From NCBI GenBank assembly GCA_034780895.1, contig JAUZTB010000066.1, positions 26,890,515-26,951,869 of the forward strand: 61,355 nt of DNA. The letters run 5' to 3'. Below the pieces are notes generated by a model. That model made no database searches. It was not told where the DNA came from and saw only the letters and a program-made list of their open reading frames with translations. Position 1 is the first letter of the stretch; each line of letters starts with the position of its first letter. Shown here piece by piece: positions 52,835 to 61,355 of the stretch. This stretch comes from Rhynchobatus australiae. Taxonomy: Eukaryota. Both the position numbers and the translations under genes were made by a program.

Positions 52835-53815
52835 GTTACCCAGAGGTTGGTGCTAGACCCATTGCTATTTGTCATCTATATCAATGATTTGGATGAGAAT
52901 GTTCAAGACATGATTAATAAGTTTGCAAGTGACACTAAAATAGGTGGTGTCGATGATAGTGAAGATGGTTATCAGGATTAACAGAAGGATCTTGATCAGC
53001 TGCACAAGTTGGCCAAGGAATGGCAAATGGAGTTTCATTTGGATGAGTGTGAGGTGTTGCATTTTGGGAAGACAAATCAGGATAGGACTTTCACAGTGAA
53101 CGGTAGGGCCCTGGGGAGCATTGTAGGGACCTAGGAGGACAAGCGCATGGTTCCTTGAAAGTGGGGTCGCAAGTAGACAGGGTGGTGAAGAAGCCTTTAG
53201 CACATTGATCTTCATCAGACAGGGTATTGAGTATCGAAGCTGGGCTGTTATGTTGCAGTTGTACAAGACATGGGGTGAGACCTCGTTTGGAATATTGTGT
53301 TCAGTTTTGTTCACCCTATTACAGGAAAGATGCCATTAAGCTGGAAAGAGTGCAGAGGAGATTTACGAGGATGTTGCTGGGACTTGAGGGCCTGAGTTAT
53401 AGAGAGTGGTTGAACAGGTTGGGACTTTTTATTCATTGGAGTGTAGGAGAATGAGGGGTGATCCTTACAAAACTGTATAAAATCAGGGTGAATGCACAGT
53501 CTTTTTCCCAGGGTTGGGGAATCAAAAACTAGGGGGCATAGGTTTAAGGTGAGAGGGGAGAGATTTAATAGGATGAGGGGCAACTTTTTCACCCAGAGGA
53601 TGGTCAGTATATGGAATGAGCTGCCAGATGAAGTGGTTGAGGCAGATACATTAACAACATTTAAGAGGCACTTGGACAGGTACGTGTATAGGAAAGGTTT
53701 AGAGGGATATGGGCCAAATGTGGGCAAATGGGACTAGCTTAGATAGGAGTCTTAGTTGGCATGGACCAGTTGGGCCAAAGGGCCTATTTCTGTATTGTAT
53801 GACCCTATGACTCTT
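52835..53815 (+). mobile_element. CR1 LINE, 5'-truncated
   Basis: IYINDLDEN..KFASDTKIGG, RPRLEYCVQFCSPYYRKD..LERVQRRFTRML and RGHRFKVRGERF; 3' tail CTATGACTCT. Confidence 0.92.
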
Positions 53816-54769
53816 AAGACTATTAAGCACTATCTGAAGGGGACACAGGGCAAAGAGAGGCCTCTAAGCCTTTATTATCAACCCTCTGCGCCATATTCCT
53901 TTCTGCGGGAGCACTGAGTTGTCTCATTTACCCCTACTATGTCGCTAAGTACTGTGCTGTGAGCTGGAGTTGAGGACAGGTGAGAATAAAACTCCCTGTT
54001 CTGTTGGTGTTCTGTGTAAGCTGCAGAGCACCTTATCAATCTGAGAGAGTTTCCTCCCCTATCCAGTGATAACATCCACTGGGCTTGGTGGACCCCAGTG
54101 CACGTAATGTTGGTTGTGAGCCTGGAAATCAGTGCACTCATCATGGAGTGTAATGAGAATGTTATTAGGACATCTGATCACAAGAACAGACCAAGGAAGA
54201 TGCTTCTTAGTCCAGGAAGTCTTGAATTAATCCAGTCCTGGCAGTGATGCATTTCCTTGGATGAGCAGAAGATTAAATTCTCTATCTAAAGACACTGGGT
54301 TAGAGGGTGGAGCTGTTTTTAAAGGACTGGCATAGAAAAGTCCCCTTAATGGAATTACATTAATTCAGTTGTTTTTTTTCATTTGTTTTTACTTGCTTTT
54401 ATGGCTTCAGCTGCTGCTGAATAATTAGAAACTGTTATTCATTAGACCACCAGAGGCTAATAACATGGACCAACTGGATTTCTTCCATGTGTTTATCCCT
54501 CTAAATTTCATTGGAATAAACACATGGAATAATAATTATATTCTGTTAGGGCTGGGATACCAGGAATTCCTCAGTCACAAAGTTTGGGTATCCCCACAGA
54601 CTGGGTGTTGGTGAGACGATGACAGCAAATATGTGGTGGTGGTTGTGATGTATAAATGCACCACCATTTATTTGCAGACCATTTGAAAACCAACAGATGT
54701 TTTAACTTGGCAATTGATTCAATGGTATCAAAATTTGCTTGATGTTTAGAGTTGATACCTCCTGCATAT

Positions 54770-56400
54770 GTGTATAGAACATAGAACATAAGAAATAGAA
54801 ATAAAAGTAGGCCATTGCTCCCTCATGCCCACTCCACCATTCAATAGAATCACAACTGATCTGTTACCTCAGCACCATTTTCCTTCACTATCCACATCCC
54901 CTGATCCCTTTAATATCTAAAATCCTATTGATTTCTGTCTTGAATATACTCAATGACTGAACTTCCTTAACCTTCCTCCAGGTAAAGAATATTCTTCTCA
55001 TCACAGTTTTGAATGGCTGACCCCTTATTTTGAGACTGTGACCCCTGGTTCTAGATACTCCAGTCAGAGGAATGATCAGCTCTGCAGCTATCATTTTGAG
55101 CTACTTATGGATTTTGTACGTTTCACTGAGATCACCTCGCATTCTTTTAAACTCGAGAGAAATGCTGCATCTGCACAATCTCTCCCCTACAATAAACCTG
55201 CCATCTCAGGAGTCAATATGGTGAATTGTTGCGCATTCCCTCAATTACAAGTGTGTCCTTCCTTAGGTAAAAAGACCAGATCTGTACACAATATTCCAGA
55301 TGTAGTTTCACCAGGGCTGAATATAATTCGAGGAATCTGAGTAGAAGGAATTCTTCTACTTCAATCATCTCACAATAAAGACCAGCCTATTTGCCTACAT
55401 ATTTTAAATTTTTAAATTAAAATTTTATTTACAGCGTGGTAACAGGCCCTTCAGGCCCAACGAGTCTGCGCCTCCCATTTTAAACCCCAAATTAACCTAC
55501 CCGTACGTTTTTTAGATTGTGGGAGGAAACTGGAGCACCCGGAGGAAACCCACGCAGACACGGGAGAACGTACAAACTCCTTACAGACAGCGACGGGANN
55601 NNNNNNNNNNNNNNNNNNNNNNNNNNNNNNNNNNNNNNNNNNNNNNNNNNNNNNNNNNNNNNNNNNNNNNNNNNNNNNNNNNNNNNNNNNNNNNNNNNGG
55701 AGCACCCGGAGGAAACCCACGCAGACACGGGAGAACGTACAAACTCCTTACAGACAGCGACGGGAATCGAACCCCAATCACCTGTGCTGTAATTGCATTG
55801 TGCTAACCGCTACGCTACCATGCCGCCTGCTTGTTGTCTCTGCATATTAGTTTTCAATCATCTGTGTATAATAGAATTGTGTCCCTTTGAGAACCATACT
55901 TTTCAATCTCTTTCCTTTAAAAAAACATTTTGCCTTTCAATGTTTTATCTATCATGTCTTTGTCCGTTCACTTAACCTGCCTCTCTCCCCTTGAAACTTC
56001 CCTTCATCCTCTTCTCTGCCCATGCTGCCATCCAGCTTTGTATGATCAACAATCTTGTTACACTTGATCCCTCATTAAAGTCATTGCTGTAGATCGTGAA
56101 AGGTTGTGACCCCAGGACCTTTCCCTGCAGCACTCCAGTGGTTGCTGCCTTCCAACTAAAAATTTTTATTATTAAAAGCAACTAAAAATCATTTTAAAAA
56201 TAAATCTTTATTTTATCTCCATTATCCAACCCTCAATCAACACCATATATTATCCAAATACTATGCGCTCTAATGTTGTTTAACAATCTCTTCTGGCATC
56301 TTATCAAAGATCTTCAGAAAGTCCAAATACATCACATTCACAGCCTTCATGCTAGTTACAGCCTCAAAAAGAAATTCAACAGATTTATCAAAATCCTCAG
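54770..56400 (-). mobile_element. Degenerate CR1 LINE (minus) interrupted by a SINE
   Basis: Tail ATAGAACATAGAACATAAGAAATAG; RGHSLKIRGQPFKT; TGVLQGKVLG..FTIYSND. Confidence 0.8.
55400..55825 (-). mobile_element. Young SINE spanning an assembly gap
   Basis: CpG-retaining core GGAGCACCCGGAGGAAACCCACGCAGACACGGGAGAACG; A-box GGTAGCGTAGCGGTTAGC and B-box GGTTCGATTCC on minus; A/T-rich tail. Confidence 0.85.
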
Positions 56401-59400
56401 TAATGTGTTGCATACAGTGTAATGTGTCATATACAGAGCACCAGTGAATAGTGCTGGCGTACAGACAGCCTGTGAATGTTGCTGTTGATGGTGCTACTGC
56501 ACAGAATGTCTATGAATTTTGTGGTGTATGGTGAGTCTGTGAATAGTGCATTTGCAAATGGTGTGATGGTATGGAAGCTGCCTGTGAATGGTAGCTTGCG
56601 TACTGAATCTGTGAATGCCTGTATACACAGAGTCTGGGTAACATATTTTATGGAGTGATTGATGCTGGTGCAGAGTCTGTGAAAGTTTCTGTGGCACAGT
56701 GAATCACTGACAGTGTAATTGTGACTGTCGGTGGTTTACAGTAACTGATTGGTGCTGCTGTTCATTGAGTCTTTGAATGGTGCTGGTGTACACTATGTCT
56801 GACTGGTACTAGGCTATACATTGTCAATGGCTCATGATGGTCTTCAGAGTGTCTGTGAATGGTACAATGGGACTGTGAATGCTGTTGGTGTAAGAATGTC
56901 TGTGTGTGATGGTGTTGTAGAATAGGACTGGGAATGGTGAAGGTGTACAATGAGTCTGTGAGTGATGCTGGTATATGGGGATGATGCTTTCGTGCAGATC
57001 AGTTGTGAATAGTGCAGGTTTAAATGGGTGTGTCAAATTTGCTGGTGTACAGTACATCTGTTATTGGTGCTGGTGCAGGGTGTGACTGAATAACGTTGGT
57101 GTATGTTGCGAATATGATTGGTGCTTGTGTACAGTGTGACTGATTGGTGTTGGTGGACAGTGTGACTGTGACTGGTGCTGGTGCACAGTGTGACTGTGAT
57201 TTCTGCTGGTGTACAATGCGACTGTAATTGGTGTTGGTGTACAGTGTGACTGTGACTGGTGCTGGTGTATAGTGCAACTGATTGATTCCAGTGTACAGTG
57301 CGACTAATCAATGCTGATACACAGTGCGACTGTGGCTGGTGCTGTCATACTGCGCAGAAACAGGCTCTTTAGCCCACAATGTCCATGCTGACTATCGAGT
57401 ACCTATCTGTACTAATCCCATTTACCAGCACTTTGTCCTTAGCCTTCTGATGCTTCAGACTGATTCAAGTGCTCACCCAGATACTTCTTAAATGTTATGA
57501 GACACCTGCCTCCACCACACACACACAGGCAGTGTGTTCCAGATTCCAACCACCCACTGGGTGAAAAAGGTCTTCCTCAGATTCCCTCTAAACTTTTAGC
57601 CCTTACCCTAAACCTGTGCCCCTCTAGTTTTAGACATCTCAGTTATGGAGAAAAGTTTTCTACTACTTATCCTATCTGTGTCCCTCATGATATTGTATAC
57701 CTCTGTCAGGTTTTACCCCCTCAGCCTCTGCAACCAGGAAACAAACCAGCCTCTCCGGTCCCTCCACTGAAATGAAATGCTCCATTCTGAGGTGCATGCT
57801 GGGTCTGTGACTGGTGCCGGTGTACAGGGAAACTCTGATTAGTGCTGGTGTATAGTGCATTTGTGATTGGCACCTGTGTACACTGCATCTGTGAATATTA
57901 CTTGTGTACAGTGGGCCTGTCAATGGTGCTGTGTACAAAGAGCTCATAAATAGTGCTGGTGTGGGTAAGTGAACATTGACAATCTACAAGGTGTCTGTGA
58001 ATGGTTCTTGTGTACAGAATGTCTGCTAATGGTACTGGCGCATAGTTGGTCTTGTGAGTGGTATTGGTATGGAGTGAATGACACTAGTCTATGGAGAATC
58101 TTTGATACAGAGTGTCTGTGAATGATGTTAATGAACAGATTATCAGTGAATGATGTTAATGTATAGAGTGTCTATGAATTATACTGGTGTGGATAGTGGT
58201 TGTGAATGATGCTTGTATACAGGGTCTGAATAAAGCTGTTTCAGAGTGAGTCTGTGCATGATGCTGGTATACTGTGAGATTCTGAATGGTGTGAGTCTAC
58301 AGAGTATCTGCGATTGTATTGAGGTGCAGACTACCTTTGTGTAGAGCTGGTGCACAGCGAGACTGTGAATGGTGCTTTTGTTCAAATCTTCTGAATGGTG
58401 TTGGTGTGCAGTGGGTCAAGGGATCTACACTGTGTCAATAAATGGTACTGGTCTACACAGTGTCTGTTAGTGATGTGTGTGCGTGTGTGTGTGTGTGCGT
58501 GCGTATGTGTGCGTGCGTGTGTGTGCGCGCGTGTGTATACAAACCAGTAAATGTTGGTGTACCATGAATCTGTTAATGTTATCTGTATAGTGAGTCACTG
58601 AACTGTGGTGAGTATAGAGAGTTTTTGAATGTCCTGGTCTACAGTGTCTTTGTGAATGGTGCTCATGTATACAGGGTCTCTGAAATTAATTGGTGCAGTT
58701 CATGCCTGTGAGTGTTGCTGCTGTACACAGAGTTTCTGCATGATGCCACTATAAATAGCATCTTTGGAGTACAGAGTATCTGAATGAAGTTAGTTTACAT
58801 TGTGTCTGTGAATTGGGCAGGTCAGAATGTCTGTGAATGGTGCTGTTATACAGAGAGTCGAGTCCGAATGATGTCTGCGCACAGTGAGTGTTTGAATGGT
58901 GTTGGTGTACAGTGAGTCTGTGATTGTGTACAGTGTGTCTGTGATGGGTGTGGGCATACAGTGACAGATATGGTGTGTCTGTAGATTATCTATGATTTCT
59001 CCTAGAATACAAAATATCTGAGTCGTTCTGGTGCACAGTGAGACTGTGAGTGGTGCATCTCTAAAGAGCCTCTCTAGTACTGCTGTGTATGGACATAAAT
59101 GGTGTTGTGGAGTACAGAAGATCCATGCTGGTTGTCAGTGTGTCTGTTAATGATGATGTACAATGTGAATATTGTCGCTATAAAGAATGGTGCTGGCATA
59201 CACAGTCTGTGTGCAGTGAATCGGGACAACTGAAAACCATGAAAAGTCCTGATGTATTCTGTGTGTGCGTGGTGCCAGTGTACAGTGTGTCTGTGAGTGG
59301 TGCCAGTGTACAGTGTGTCTGTCAGTGGTACCAGTGTAAAGTATGTCAGTAAATAGTGCTGGTGTACCGTGTGTCAGTGTGTGGTGCTGGTGTACAGTGT

Positions 59401-61355
59401 GTCTGAGAATGGTGCTGGTGTACAGTGTGTCAGTAAGTGGTGCTGGTGTACAGTGTGTCAGTGTGTGGTGATGGTGTACAGTGTGTCTGTGAATGGTGCT
59501 GGTATGCAGTGTGTCAATGAGTGGTGCTGGTGTAAAGTGTGTCAGTGAGTGGTGCTGGTGTACAGTGTGTCTGTGTGTGGTGCTGGTGTACAGTGTATCA
59601 GTAAATGCTGCTGGTGTACAGTGTGTCTGTGAATGGCGCGGGTGTACAGTGTGTCAGTGAGTGGTGCTGGTGTTTCAAGGGTTTTTCAATGGGCTTAGTC
59701 TGTAGAGTGTCTGTGAATGGTATTCATGTAAACAGAATCTGTGAAATGTTCTGGTGTAGATAAAACCTGTGACAAGTGCTGGTATAGAGTGAATCTCTGA
59801 ATGATGCTGTTACACAGTGGGACTGTCAATGGTGTTGGTGTAAAAAGTGTCTGTAAATGGTACTGGTGTAAGAAATATCTGTGAGCAGTGAAAGTATACA
59901 GTGAGCCTGACAATGGTGTTATTATACAGAATGTCATTGAATCATCCTGGGTTACAGTGAATCTGTGATTGGTGTTGCCGTACAGCGCACCTGTGAATGG
60001 AGCTTATCTATAGGCAATAAATGAGGCTGATGGAAAGGACAATTGGAGAGTGAATGGTGATAAGTTTACAGAATGTCTGTGAATTGAGCTTGTGCACAGA
60101 GAATCTGTGAGTGCAGCTTGTGTGTAGAGAGTCTGTGAAGGGTGCTGATGTACGGAAAGTCTGTGAAGGGTGCCGATGAACAGTGAGTCTGTGAAGGGTG
60201 CTGATGAACAGTGAGTCTGTGAAGGGTGCTGATGAACGGAGAGTCTGTGAAGGGTGCTGATGGATGGAGAGTCTGTGAAGGGTGCTGATGAGCGGAGAGT
60301 CTGTGAAGGGTGCTGATGAACAGTGAGTCTGTGAAGTTGAGTCTGTGAAGGGTGCTGATGAACAGTGAGTCTGTGAAGGGTGCTGATGAACAGTGAGTCT
60401 GTGAAGTTGAGTCTGTGAAGGGTGCTGATGAGCGGAGAGTCTGTGAAGTTGAGTCTGTGAAGGGTGCTGATGAGCGGAGAGTCTGTGAAGGGTGCTGATG
60501 GATGGAGAGTCTGTGGAGGGTGCTGATGTACGGAGAGTCTGTGAAGGGTGCTGATGAACAGTTTATGATGAGGCTGGCTCAGAGTGAGGATGTTGGTGTT
60601 ACTGGTGTAGAATGAGATTGTGACAGTGTAAATTTACAGAATATATGTGGACTGAGCTGATGTACAGAGTGTATTTGATGGTTTAGCAATGGTTTGCAGT
60701 GAGGCTGTGAATGGTGCATTTGTTCATTTTGTGAATCACGCTGGTATAATGTGGGTTCTGGTGTGCAGTAAGTGAATAGTGGATGTTACAGACTGTCCAT
60801 AAATGATGCAGGTGTATGGAGTGCCTGCTAGTTGTTCTAGTGTATAATGAGGCTGTGAATATTACTGGTTTACAGAGTCTTTGAATTATGCTGCCGCACA
60901 ATGAGATTGTGAAATATGTTGGTGGACAGAGTTTCTTTATGCTGTACATTCTGTGAATGTTGTGGGTCTATAGAAATGGTGCTGGTGTACACAATGAGAC
61001 TGTGAATGGTCCTGGTGTACACTGAGACAGTGGATGGTGCCGGTGTACACTGAGACTGTGGATGGTACTGATGTACAGTAAGATTGTGAATGGTGTTGGT
61101 GTACAGTGAGGCTGTGGATGGTGTTGGTGTACTCTGAGACTGTGAATGGTGCTGGTGTACAGTGAGGCTGTGGATGGTGTTGGTGTACAGTGAGACTGAA
61201 TGGTTCTGGTGTACAGTGGGACTGTGAATGGTGCTGGTGTACAGTGAGACTGTGGATGGTGCTGGTGTACAGAGAGACTGGATGGTGCTGGTGTACAGTG
61301 AGACTGGATGGTGTTGGTGTACAGTGAGACTGTGGATGGTGCTGGTGTACAGTGA
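56400..61355. repeat. ~5 kb satellite of a 28-bp unit with homogenised sub-arrays
   Basis: Consensus ~GGTGCTGGTGTACAGTGAGTCTGTGAAT. Cleaner blocks at ~57100-57330, 59265-59675, 60128-60562 and 60975-61355; (GT/GC)n at 58474-58538. Confidence 0.9.
57345..57790 (-). mobile_element. CR1 3' fragment inserted in the satellite
   Basis: AGAAACAGGCTCTTTAGCCCAC tail and CCTTACCCTAAACCTGTGCCCCTCTAGTTTT. Confidence 0.8.

Noticed and set aside
55531-55765. Apparent tandem SINE duplication
   Set aside because: Identical sequence on both sides of a 100-N gap suggests unmerged contig overlap; the same is seen for ACTAGTTTCATGCA around the 40898-41312 gap.

Overview
Vertebrate genomic DNA, most likely from a cartilaginous fish (inferred from the HE1-type tRNA-SINE, CR1, Rex1/Babar and Penelope-type repeat content), with several assembly gaps. 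It holds an intact single-exon Frizzled-9-type gene (minus, 5372-7120) under a CpG-rich promoter. It also holds the terminal coding exon of a RhoBTB-family gene (plus, 16285-16478; not in the ORF track) whose other exons are not visible, so the Frizzled gene is probably nested antisense in a RhoBTB intron. Manual translation of minus-strand segments between ~20 and ~46 kb shows a chain of splice-bounded, stop-interrupted exon remnants. These match KMT2A/KMT2B (MLL/trithorax) motifs in colinear order, suggesting a decayed extra MLL-like paralog. The rest is LINE/SINE debris, a ~1.5 kb long-inverted-repeat element with a 37-bp minisatellite core, and a ~5 kb satellite built on a 28-bp unit. Protein comparisons are by eye against sequences recalled from memory; no database search was run.
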